From contig JAYGDX010000132.1 of NCBI GenBank assembly GCA_046582655.1, positions 1 through 41,055 of the forward strand: 41,055 nucleotides of DNA, in the 5' to 3' direction. Below the pieces are notes generated by a model that was given only the letters and a program-made list of their open reading frames with translations, ran no database searches and was not told the DNA's origin. This DNA is from Candidatus Poribacteria bacterium. GTDB taxonomy: Bacteria; Poribacteria; WGA-4E; UBA9662. The position numbers and the translations under genes were made by a program. This document shows positions 29,698-39,237 of the stretch, in pieces; the stretch's first letter is position 1, and every line of letters starts with the position of its first letter.

Positions 29698-30759
29698 ATG
29701 GAATTGGGTAGTGAAAGTGAATTTATAATCATTGGTGAGAACATTCATACGACTCGTGTTGTTTTGCGTAAGGGAAAGCTAGTGACTGAAAGGTCCAATG
29801 GGGATGAGGCTGTTCGTTATCTGGATGGAAACAAAAAACGCCATTATCTGGTTATTCCTGAAAAGATCAAACAAACTCAAGATTACCAAGAAGGACGTGT
29901 AAAGCACGTAACTGTTGCTATTCAGTTGGCCATGTCAGGTCAAGGGTCTGAAGCGAACGAAGGCATGGAATATCTTTACAGTTTAGCTCAACGCCAAATT
30001 AATGCTGGGGCTGACTTCCTTGATCTGAATGTAGATGAAATTTCGTTTAAGCCGGAGGAACAGAAGGAGGCTATGCAATGGATAGTACAAACCATTCAAC
30101 CGATTAGTTCCATTCCACTGTCAATCGATTCCTCCAGTATAGATACTCTCAGGATTGGATTGGAAACTTGTTCTAACCACCAAGGGCGAGTACTTCTCAA
30201 TTCCGCTTCGCTTGAACGTCTAGAAGCACTAGATCTAGTTAAACAGCATGATGCTCAGGTTGTCGTGACAGCTGCTGGAGAAGCGAGTATGCCACAAAAT
30301 GCTGAAGAGAGGGTTGCAAATGCATCGCAAATGGTTGAGATTGCTTTGGCCAAGGGGATTGCTATTCAGGATGTCTACATTGATCCGCTGGTTTTCCCCA
30401 TTTCGGTTGACGCTGAATTTGGAAATCACTGTTTCGATGCTATCCGGCTGCTCCGCCAGAGGTATGGTTCCAAAATCCATATTACTGGCGGATTTAGCAA
30501 TGTCTCCTTTGGGCTTCCATGTCGCCGCCTTATTAATGACGTATTTATCAATCTGGCAGTGGATGCTGGGGCAGATAGTGGAATTATTGATCCCATTACT
30601 AGCAAGATTCAAAACGTACTTAATATTGATCGAAATTCGAAACCTTATCAATTGGCGAAAGATATGCTTTTGGGCAGTGACTTATACTGCAAGAACTTCC
30701 TGCGTGCTTATCGTAAAGGGGAACTGCAAGAAGGACAGAACAGGAGGTTATCCAGATAA
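29698..30759 (+). CDS. Pterin-binding methyltetrahydrofolate:corrinoid methyltransferase (AcsE / MetH folate module-like)
   Basis: 'IIGENIH', 'GADFLDLNV', 'LSIDSS', 'LLNS', 'YIDPLVFP', 'GFSNVSFGLP.R..IN'. Confidence 0.9.
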   Translation: MELGSESEFIIIGENIHTTRVVLRKGKLVTERSNGDEAVRYLDGNKKRHYLVIPEKIKQTQDYQEGRVKHVTVAIQLAMSGQGSEANEGMEYLYSLAQRQINAGADFLDLNVDEISFKPEEQKEAMQWIVQTIQPISSIPLSIDSSSIDTLRIGLETCSNHQGRVLLNSASLERLEALDLVKQHDAQVVVTAAGEASMPQNAEERVANASQMVEIALAKGIAIQDVYIDPLVFPISVDAEFGNHCFDAIRLLRQRYGSKIHITGGFSNVSFGLPCRRLINDVFINLAVDAGADSGIIDPITSKIQNVLNIDRNSKPYQLAKDMLLGSDLYCKNFLRAYRKGELQEGQNRRLSR

Positions 30760-30762
30760 GAT

Positions 30763-31758
30763 ATGAAGCCGTTCTTGGAAAGGTTATCGGACTCCGATCT
30801 CATGATTTATGATGGTGGTTTTGGTTCTGAGCTATTTGCTCAAGGCATAGAATTAACCAATAGCGCGCTGGCCAACGAACTGTATCCTGAAGCAACAATA
30901 ACTATTCATCTGGATTATATTGAATCGGGCGCAGATGCTGTTGGAACCAATACTTTCGTGGCTTCAGAACTGCACCTTGAGATGGCCGGAAAGAACAAAT
31001 CTGATGTTGGGAAAGTAGTTAGCTCCGCTGTACAACATGTAAAAATAGCGATTGAAAAGAGCGGCAAGGATGTATATATCGCCGGCTCGATTGGCCCCTC
31101 TCCCGGTGCCATTGAAGCTGACAGCGGGGGTACCGATTTCGGAATACCAAATCAAGCGGTAAAGGATGCACACCAAAGAGTTATCTATGCCATGGCGGAG
31201 GAAGGGGTGGACTTCTTTTGTCTTGAAACGATGTTTTCGGCCAAGGAAGCAGCTATCATCGTTGATATCGCCAGAAAAACAGGTCTTCCCATAGCAGTCA
31301 ACATGACTTACAAGTATACCAAAGATCGGAGAACAGGGGAGATCTTGTATCGAACGGATTGGGGATACTCGGCGACAGATCTTTTGGACATCTTATCTGA
31401 AGGTGAATTTTCCGGTGGAGACAATCTTCTAGACCATGTTCATATTCTTGGGCTGAATTGCGGGGCTGAATCACGGCGTAGTGAGCACACAGGTATCCCC
31501 TACGCTATCAACGGAATCCAACAGTTAAGTCAGGCAATGAAAGATAAAGGTCTCGAACCGAAAAAAATGATGGCTTACCCCAATGCAGGAATGCCTCTTC
31601 TAGACGACAGTCATCGAACATACTACACGCTGGGGCCAGAAGAAATGGTTTCTGACTTAGATATTCTTATATCGGAAGGTGCCTATTTTATCGGCGGGTG
31701 TTGCGGGACAACGCCTTCACACATAAAGGCCTTTCGTCAAGCCTTAAATGCCAATTAG
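30763..31758 (+). CDS. Homocysteine S-methyltransferase domain protein (MetH Hcy module / BHMT-like)
   Basis: 'YDGGFGSEL', 'H..YIESGAD', 'AGSIGP', 'LETM', Zn ligands 'GLNCG' and 'IGGCCGT', 'YPNAGMP'. Confidence 0.92.
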   Translation: MKPFLERLSDSDLMIYDGGFGSELFAQGIELTNSALANELYPEATITIHLDYIESGADAVGTNTFVASELHLEMAGKNKSDVGKVVSSAVQHVKIAIEKSGKDVYIAGSIGPSPGAIEADSGGTDFGIPNQAVKDAHQRVIYAMAEEGVDFFCLETMFSAKEAAIIVDIARKTGLPIAVNMTYKYTKDRRTGEILYRTDWGYSATDLLDILSEGEFSGGDNLLDHVHILGLNCGAESRRSEHTGIPYAINGIQQLSQAMKDKGLEPKKMMAYPNAGMPLLDDSHRTYYTLGPEEMVSDLDILISEGAYFIGGCCGTTPSHIKAFRQALNAN

Positions 31759-32032
31759 GCTTTTATGTAGACAATGTATTCAGTTCTTACGATTGTGGTA
31801 TTCGTATTTGGCCTCCGTCTTCCCTTGTTAGTGAGCCTAGCCTTCTCTTTCGGATAACCTACCGGATTTTCACCCATCTCCTCGATCGGCATCGCATTTT
31901 TACAAAGTTTCAATCCTCCAAGATTTTTTCGTTTTCCACGGGTGAAGATTGGGCAACTGAATATAAACTCAGGCGCTAATCGAAAATATTAGATCTATGG
32001 ATTGTTGCAATGAAGTTTAAAATCATTTAGTG

Positions 32033-33931
32033 ATGAAAAACCGATTGTTCCGTGCCATTATAGTTGGTCTCGTTTGGGTTGTTTTTCAGAGCGGAACCGC
32101 TTCCTACATTCACGGCAATAGCATTGGTCAACTGATTGCCAATCACTTGCCTCTCGGTGGCCTGTTCTTTTTGATTGTACTGGTGCTTATTGTTAATCCA
32201 ATTCTTCGGGTGATTGATAACCAATCTGGATTCTCCGTCTCAGAACTGGTAATTATCTGGGTCATGATATCCGCTGCTTCGGCTGTGCCTGGCTATGGTA
32301 TGATGGAGTTTTTGTTTCCGACACTGGTTGCACCCCTCCATTATGTGGCACCGCAAAACCAGTGGAAAGAGATTTTATTTCCGCATTTGCCAGAGTGGCT
32401 GTACGTCTCTGATCCAAGTGCCGTCAACGCATTTTATATTGGTGAGACTGCTGTCCCTTGGCAGGCGTGGTTTCAACCAGCTGGTTTCTGGATCTCCATC
32501 AGTCTGATCTTGTCTTTTATCGTTATCTGTTGGAGTGTAATCATTCGCCGACAATGGGTTGAACGTGAACGCTATCCTTTTCCGTTAGTCCAAATTCCCA
32601 GCATGATGATTAATCAGCAACCAGATCGGATTTTCAACCGTATCCTATCCAATCGTTTTCTATGGATCGGCTTAATTGTGGCCTTAGTCATCCACCTGCT
32701 AAGAGGGCTACACCGTTACTGGCCCGCCATACCCCACGTTCAAATCTCCTACGGTTTTGGAAATTTGATTACTGAACGGCCTTGGGTGGCGTTAGTGCAG
32801 GGCTGGCCGCTGTGGGGAAGGATATATCTGGCCGTGGTTGGAGTGACCTACTTTCTGCAACTGGATGTGTCTTTTAGCCTATGGTTCTTTTTCCTTTTCT
32901 ATAAACTTCAAGAGGTTTGTATGTCCGCTTTTTCGATACAGGGCATCTCCACACAACATCAAGTGATGGGGGCTGATCTGGTGCTAATCGGATTCCTAAT
33001 CTGGATGGGACGACGACACTTGAAGCAGGTCTTTGATGTGGCTACGGGAAGACTTTCGGATGAGATCAATGTCAACGAAGCCATGTCATACCAGTGGGCC
33101 ATGATTGGAATTATCATTGGCAGTGTTTTACTTATCGCTATGCTATGTTTTGTTGGTATGTCCCCATTAGTGGCAATCGCTTTTTTATTGTTAATGTGGA
33201 TGATGATTACCGTTACCTGTTGGATGGTGGCTAACGCCGGAATGTTACTGGTCAACGTAGGGATTGCTCCGTTTTCCCTCTTAACCGCCTTTTTGGGTAC
33301 TCGGCCTTTAGGGCGGGCTAACTTGACCTTGCTGGGATTTGATCGGTCTGTTGTTTCTCACTGGTCGTCTGAATCGCTGATGCCGTATGTCGTGCAAAGC
33401 TTGCGGTTGTCAGACCAGGCACCGGTCCATCGACGAAAACTGGTGCCACTGATCATGGCTTCCATTCTGATAGCGGTAGCTGTTACCTACTTCAGTTCTC
33501 TCAAATTCATCTATCATCAAGGTGCGTTTAATTTGGAACGTTGGGTTTACAATATCGGCTATCACGGATTGAATAAGGCCAACCGTGCTATTCAGAATCC
33601 TTATGATCCCAACCTACCTGCTATTCTCAGTGCCGGTTTCGGTGCAACCATCACCGGATTTTTACTTTATATGCGACATCGGTTCCTTTGGTGGCCTTTT
33701 CACCCCATCGGCTATATTGTTGGTGTGACTTATGCACCGTGCCACCTCTGGTTTTCGACTCTCTTAGGTTGGGGGATTAAGATCTTAGTGCTGAAGTTTT
33801 TCGGAATTGGGGCTTATCGCCGGTTTCGTCCACTGTTTCTGGGGCTGATTATCGGTGAGTATTTCATGTCGGCCTTATGGATCTTTGTTGGTTTGTTCAC
33901 CAGAGTCAGTTACTGGGGGTTGCCACACTAG
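32033..33931 (+). CDS. Large multi-pass membrane protein, DUF6785/DUF6784-like (putative transporter)
   Basis: 'IIRRQWVERERYPFPLVQIP', 'VSFSLWFF', 'WWPFHPIGY', 'RRFRPLFLGLIIGE'; many TM segments. Confidence 0.75.
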   Translation: MKNRLFRAIIVGLVWVVFQSGTASYIHGNSIGQLIANHLPLGGLFFLIVLVLIVNPILRVIDNQSGFSVSELVIIWVMISAASAVPGYGMMEFLFPTLVAPLHYVAPQNQWKEILFPHLPEWLYVSDPSAVNAFYIGETAVPWQAWFQPAGFWISISLILSFIVICWSVIIRRQWVERERYPFPLVQIPSMMINQQPDRIFNRILSNRFLWIGLIVALVIHLLRGLHRYWPAIPHVQISYGFGNLITERPWVALVQGWPLWGRIYLAVVGVTYFLQLDVSFSLWFFFLFYKLQEVCMSAFSIQGISTQHQVMGADLVLIGFLIWMGRRHLKQVFDVATGRLSDEINVNEAMSYQWAMIGIIIGSVLLIAMLCFVGMSPLVAIAFLLLMWMMITVTCWMVANAGMLLVNVGIAPFSLLTAFLGTRPLGRANLTLLGFDRSVVSHWSSESLMPYVVQSLRLSDQAPVHRRKLVPLIMASILIAVAVTYFSSLKFIYHQGAFNLERWVYNIGYHGLNKANRAIQNPYDPNLPAILSAGFGATITGFLLYMRHRFLWWPFHPIGYIVGVTYAPCHLWFSTLLGWGIKILVLKFFGIGAYRRFRPLFLGLIIGEYFMSALWIFVGLFTRVSYWGLPH

Positions 33932-33941
33932 AGGTACTGAT

Positions 33942-34696
33942 TCAGTCTAGAAGCCCCCATAGCTTTTGTCTTTGCAACGACCAGCTTTCCCATTGATTGC
34001 TGAAAATATGTTTTACAGCAGCTGCATCTCGCGTTCGATCTCCACGGGGAAAGTAGTTCCAGCCTATTGCTCTTCGTAAACCGATTGTTGTCTTGATGCC
34101 TGTTGCGTGCCAGCAACTTGACGTCCAGACCAATGTCCAGCGTGGATCAAGCATGATCTCAACTTCGGCAGGGTGTTTGACGAAAGAAATGCTTGGGATG
34201 TCTTGGTGTTGTCCTGACGCGATCTCCAACTGTATCAATTCTTCCCAAACCTCGGCTTTCAATCGGAGATGGCTGCCGGGAAGGACACGTAAGGGAGCAT
34301 TACCCGAGTGGTGACAGTCTAGCGCGGTTCGAAACGAAACCTGTTTGACCTCTGGTCCTCCGTCAGAATGCCAATCTACTTGTTGAAAAGGTCGCCCATC
34401 CTGTGAGATAATCTTTAAAGCTTCACCAAAACCACAGGCACCAATATGCACCTCGTCACAATCGAGAAGTTGCTTGGCCATCTCAATCAATTTCGGTTGT
34501 TCGACCATCTCTAGAACCAACTCACCAACGGTGAGAAACTGGCAGGCGAGTTTGTTGAAATCATTTGACCAATTGTTTTTTTTCGGTTTGAACTGTCAGC
34601 TTGATCAATCTGTTGCATGTATGCTTCCCCAAACGGGTTTTTCATCAGGATGAATCCGTGGGTATAAAAGTGTGAAATTTGGGTATCTGTCAGCAT
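33942..34696 (-). pseudogene. PhyH-family dioxygenase split by a frameshift near an A8 tract
   Basis: 'MLTDTQISHFYTHGFILMKN' in one frame; 'KNNWSNDFNKLACQFLTVGELVLEMVEQP...WHSD...LRVLPGSH...WHAT' in the -1 frame. T8 run at 34576-34583 on the + strand. Confidence 0.8.
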
Positions 34697-35227
34697 TTTT
34701 GATCTAATTCGGCATGTGTTACTTCCATTGTATGCCATCCTGCTATTGCCGTCAAATATGTGGTTTTTAAAGACACAGAAGTAATCAAAAATGAATCTAT
34801 TAATCTAATTGTACAAGAGATACAATGTTTAAACAATCAAAGTAAAGTAACAGTAACAACCCTGATATAGCTTAATCATCTTGTATTCAAGCCTAGGGAA
34901 AAAACATGTCTTTAAATTATAATCTAAGCATAGCCTTTTTGGTGTGGTATGGTAGTGAAGAAAGAAGTTATTGTTAAATGTAACAGAAGCACGGTTTTGT
35001 ACCATTCGATGGACGAAATCCCAACAGATTGACTGATCGCTGAACTTGGCCGACGCAGCATGGATGCGTCATCACTGTTCAAACAGCCGTCCAAAAGGCA
35101 TCAGTCAGGTAAAAAGGGACACCACTTCGAATCGATAAGCACCATAATAACGCAACTAGGATGGCCATTAGCGTATCGAAAGTAGTCCGGATTAAGTTTA
35201 GAGTATGATATAGAAAGGACAAAAATC

Positions 35228-36082
35228 ATGATTAATTTTCCCTCCTCAACATTCACTTGGAAGAGCTATCCTTGGCGAAAGCATCCGCATTACAAATATA
35301 TGGGAGGCTTCGTTGGCAATCCCGGCCAAATTTATCACGTACGGTTCAACCTTGAATCAAGATGTACAATTAAAGACTCCGCAACTGGCGGTCATACTGA
35401 GATATTTCTAGGTGCGCCCTGTCGATCAGAATACACCATAGCCACCAGAAATCTGTTTCAGATACCCAGTGCGGAATGGCGAATGGCCTTCAGCAATGAA
35501 CACCAAATACACATTTCGAAGAGCCCGAGCACCGAGGCACCCAGCGGGAAAAACGAAATCTTGCAGGATATCAGACTGGAACACAAGGTTGATATTAGAG
35601 AGTTCGCCAACGCCACTGAAATGACGGACGTAACCTCGATCATCGATGCCACATTTGCTGGCGACTTTCTCAATGTTTGCACGACATACAAGAATCAGGA
35701 GTTCGGCCTGCAGGTCACTGTCGAGTACCCGGTGCACGTTATAAATTTGAATCAAGAAGACGGTGATTTTCAGACCTGCACTGGTCCCACCTTCCTTCCC
35801 GATTTGCGAACTTGGGATGGCAACCAGCTCGGACAGGGTTTTGTCGCTGATGCAGCAATCTCAAGTTTCGACTGGACGGAATTTATTCTCCGCCGCGAAG
35901 TAGAAGCCGCCGAACACGAACGCGATTGGCTCGATGCCGTACGCGGTCGTGACCGGCATGAACTTCATGATCAAAACAATCTGCCACCTAACTATCCACC
36001 TTCCCGTCCGAAGCCGCTGGTATTCAACGAAGTATGGGAATTCGAATCGGAGAATGTTGTTTTGAAGGCGCCGAATGTTTGA
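35228..36082 (+). CDS. Hypothetical protein (284 aa)
   Basis: Long ORF with RBS GAAAGGA; no motif recognised. Confidence 0.75.
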   Translation: MINFPSSTFTWKSYPWRKHPHYKYMGGFVGNPGQIYHVRFNLESRCTIKDSATGGHTEIFLGAPCRSEYTIATRNLFQIPSAEWRMAFSNEHQIHISKSPSTEAPSGKNEILQDIRLEHKVDIREFANATEMTDVTSIIDATFAGDFLNVCTTYKNQEFGLQVTVEYPVHVINLNQEDGDFQTCTGPTFLPDLRTWDGNQLGQGFVADAAISSFDWTEFILRREVEAAEHERDWLDAVRGRDRHELHDQNNLPPNYPPSRPKPLVFNEVWEFESENVVLKAPNV

Positions 36083-36091
36083 ACCTTTATC

Positions 36092-36628
36092 ATGTCGAAA
36101 AAGGGACTCCACTTGGTAACTCAAACACCAAAAAAACGAAAGGTGAATGTCGTGGCTAAGAAATTAGTCTTTGTATTGCTGGTGATGACGGTTGTCTTGG
36201 TAGAGTTACTTCTTGCTGAAGATACTAAAGAAGTGGTGGTTGAAAGTGCTAAAGAGTTGAAAGGTATCAAGGCCAAGAAGATTACTTGGAAGAAAGACGG
36301 GGCGAAGATGGTTCGGATTCCTGAGAAATTGGAGAAAAAAGTAATAGCGGCTACTTATGACGAGTCTGGCAATCTTGTCTCACCTGAGAAGGAAGTTGTT
36401 ACTAAAGTACCTGAGTCTTTCTACATGGATGCTTACGAGGTGACGGTGGGCCAGTTTAAGAAGTTTTTAAAGTCGTCTGGCTATAAACCTGACATGCCTA
36501 TCAATTGGAGCCAGGTTTACAGAGCCTCGCCAAAAGATAAACACCCGATGATCATTGTCAGTTGGCACGATGCAACTGCTTACGCCAAATGGGCTAGCAA
36601 ACGTCTCCCTACCGAAATGGAATGGGAA
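36092..36628 (+). pseudogene. FGE-sulfatase (SUMF1) domain protein, truncated
   Basis: Signal-like hydrophobic stretch, 'FYMDAYEVTVGQFKKF', 'HPMIIVSWHDATAYAKWASKRLPTEMEWE'. Similarity ends abruptly at about 36628. Confidence 0.85.
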
Positions 36629-37099
36629 CATCCTGCCCTCAACCGTACTCATTTCACCGACGCACTTGGTTTCGACCATGCGCCGGCGGCGCGACCCGAT
36701 CGAACGCAGCTATAACTGGATCGACGTCTACGAATCGACGGATAGCGGCGTTTCCTGGAACTTACTGAGCAAAGTGGCCGACACAGACGATGGCAAGAAG
36801 AATGGCAATCCGCCCAGCATGATTCGGCTCAAGGACAGCCGGCTGGTGGTGACCTACGGCTACCGCTCTTCCCCTATGGGATTCGGGCCAAGATAAGTCA
36901 GGATAACGGACAAACATGGAGTGAGGAATTGACGTTGCGGGTTGATGGCCGCAACAATGATTTCGGTTACACCCGCACGGTTCAACGGCCAGACGGCAAG
37001 CTGGTCACCGTCTATTACTACACAACCGAGCACGATCCCCAATAGCATATCGCCGCCACTATTTGGGAGCCGACTGGGGATAGCACACCTACTAATTAG
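36629..37099 (+). pseudogene. C-terminal fragment of a BNR/Asp-box (sialidase-like) protein
   Basis: Asp-boxes 'STDSGVSW' and 'SQDNGQTW', 'GNPPSMIRLKD', 'DFGYTRTVQRPDGKLVTVYY'. Frameshift near 36880, internal TAG at 37043, no start codon. Confidence 0.82.
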
Positions 37100-37172
37100 G
37101 TGTGTCGACAATGCAGCCAGTGTGTTAAGCAACGAAATCATACTGTTAACATTAATGGAGGAGACAACCAAA

Positions 37173-37649
37173 ATGGGAAATAAGAAGCAAAGTACTAATC
37201 ACAAACGCCTGTTGAAACTGCTCGGCTCAAAAGACAAAGATGCCGCTACTCCAGACCAAATCAGTGAGTTCAAACGAATTTTCAAGAGACTGGATGCCGA
37301 TGGAGATGGAAAAGTAACTTTACAGGAGTATATCAACCGATCAAAATTTAAAGATAAAGCGAAAGTCAGGGCAATATTTAACGCAACAGACAGAAATGGC
37401 GACGGAGTAATGACAGAAGAAGAATATATTGAAAATAGAACTATAACAGACGAAGTCAAGGAGATATTCAACAAAATAGATAAAAACAGAGATGGAATAT
37501 TGACAGAACAGGAATTTGTAGAAAATTCAATAATCGCTGATAAGGATTTGGCTAGGCAGATTTTCAGAGATATGGATGTGGACGGTGGGGGTGAATTATC
37601 ATTACCCAGATATCTCAGAATCTGGGATAACTGGGCGAGAGAGGATTGA
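37173..37649 (+). CDS. Four-EF-hand calcium-binding protein (158 aa)
   Basis: RBS GGAGGAG; loops DADGDGKVTLQE, DRNGDGVMTEEE, DKNRDGILTEQE, DVDGGGELSLPR. Confidence 0.9.
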   Translation: MGNKKQSTNHKRLLKLLGSKDKDAATPDQISEFKRIFKRLDADGDGKVTLQEYINRSKFKDKAKVRAIFNATDRNGDGVMTEEEYIENRTITDEVKEIFNKIDKNRDGILTEQEFVENSIIADKDLARQIFRDMDVDGGGELSLPRYLRIWDNWARED

Positions 37650-37679
37650 GGAATCTTGTGTCTGTAGCCTGAACCCCAA

Positions 37680-37940
37680 GAGCCTGTTTGAAAGAAGTTA
37701 GATTGGCTTCAATAGAAGTTGGATCATGGCAATATAGATCATGTTCTCTGAACGCTGACTTTTGCGTTCAGAGTCCAAGCTCAAGCCTTGATGCCTGCAA
37801 ACCAAGCAAAGTTACCTGGACACCAAGTGGAATTCCCATGGTGTCCCCCTACTAGATGTCTTTTTTGGCCTTCAATCTTTTGTACCCATCAGTTCCTCGA
37901 CTCTCAGCCAAAGCCGTGGAACCGATTGGCCATCAAACCG
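37680..37940 (-). mobile_element. IS5-family (IS1031-like) transposase remnant with one terminal inverted repeat
   Basis: Frameshifted minus-strand fragments 'FDGQSV', 'KIEGQKRHLV..DTMG', 'FAW', 'LSLDSERKSQRSENMIYIAMIQLLLKPI*' (stop 37698-37700), then the end sequence GAGCCTGTTTGAAAG starting at 37680. Confidence 0.75.
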
Positions 37941-38143
37941 AAAGAGGCAATAAAGCAGTTCTTCTCTGCACAATATGAAACTGCGGAATCATACTTCCAG
38001 CTTTGGAAGTATAAAAACTGAACACACTTCCAACTGCGACAAATGGCGCAGTTGGTGCAGACCAGTTAAATGAAACAGCAGAAAAACGCCACAGAATGGC
38101 CACAGCGCCATAGATAACAAAATGTCTGAAACAGGAGAACATC

Positions 38144-38950
38144 ATGCTTACAGAACAACAAGTCAGTCATTTTAACACCTTTGGATTCCTAATCTTCCGA
38201 CAACTATTCAGCCCGGACGAACTGAAAACCATCAGCGCAGAGTTCGAACACACTCTGACATCCGCATACCGTCATGACCCATTTGATGGGACGCGCCGGC
38301 ATTGGGTGCGGACGATGGGGGCAGAAACCCCGTTCTTCGCTTCGTTGCTCGAAGACCCGCGCTTCTGCGAACCGACTGAGCAACTCTATGGCGAGGATGC
38401 CCTCGGCATTGTTTCCGATGCTAACCGTTACGTTGGGCATACGCGCTGGCATCCAGACCACAGTGCCGATCCGGCCGAGGATTGCTACGGCATCAAATTC
38501 GCCTACTATCTCGAACCGGTCGGCGCCGAAAACGGTGCATTGCGGCTGATTTCAGGTTCGCATAAGAACCCTTTGCACGACGACCTGCGGGAAAATCTGG
38601 ACAAGTTTGAACTTAAGATTTGTGACGTTCCTGCTTACGTCTGCAAATCGGAGCCGGGCGATGTGGTTGCCTTTGACATGCGGTGCTGGCATGCGAGTTG
38701 GGGTGGGGCGAGTGACCGTCGGATGTGTACTGTGGTTTACTATAAGAACCCCGAAAGCCCCGAAGAGGAAGCAGCAACCCGAAGGCGAGCTGGCAACAGT
38801 GTAAAAGAACCAAATAATTCTGGACTCCCTTTTTCAATACACCGTGACATCATGATCCACTGGATTACCAATCATGAGGGAAACGAAAAGCGTCAACGTT
38901 GGATAGATCGAGAGCGGGAGCTCGGATTTCTCGATTATCTTCAAGCCTAA
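38144..38950 (+). CDS. Phytanoyl-CoA dioxygenase (PhyH) family protein
   Basis: RBS AGGAG; 'MLTEQQVSHFNTFGFL', 'WHPD', 'GALRLISGSH', 'PGDVVAFDMRCWHAS'. Confidence 0.92.
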   Translation: MLTEQQVSHFNTFGFLIFRQLFSPDELKTISAEFEHTLTSAYRHDPFDGTRRHWVRTMGAETPFFASLLEDPRFCEPTEQLYGEDALGIVSDANRYVGHTRWHPDHSADPAEDCYGIKFAYYLEPVGAENGALRLISGSHKNPLHDDLRENLDKFELKICDVPAYVCKSEPGDVVAFDMRCWHASWGGASDRRMCTVVYYKNPESPEEEAATRRRAGNSVKEPNNSGLPFSIHRDIMIHWITNHEGNEKRQRWIDRERELGFLDYLQA

Positions 38951-39237
38951 ATGGATTAAAATCGGCAACCTTGACTATATTTACCAAGGCATCGGGATTT
39001 TGGAGAACAAGCGACCTCTTACTTTTTCGGCGGCGTGGTTCTCATCGGCAGGCTGTTGGTGGATCTATTGACAAACAATCTGAAACTGTATCTACAGTTG
39101 TAATACAGTTTCCAGTCTTACCAAAGGCAAATGACTCATTGCCTATATCCACATATGGTATTACAAACCCGTAAGGTCTCAAAGCTTATTTTCCAACTAA
39201 CTGACTTTACCGCATAGACTAAGGATGGCAAGATCGA

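Noticed and set aside
29698..30759. Dihydropteroate synthase (folP)
   Set aside because: GENI and SNVSFGLP motifs and the gene context match the methyltransferase branch of the pterin-binding fold.
36942..37172. 77-aa N-terminal extension of the EF-hand ORF
   Set aside because: It overlaps the sialidase fragment in another frame, and a strong RBS precedes ATG 37173.
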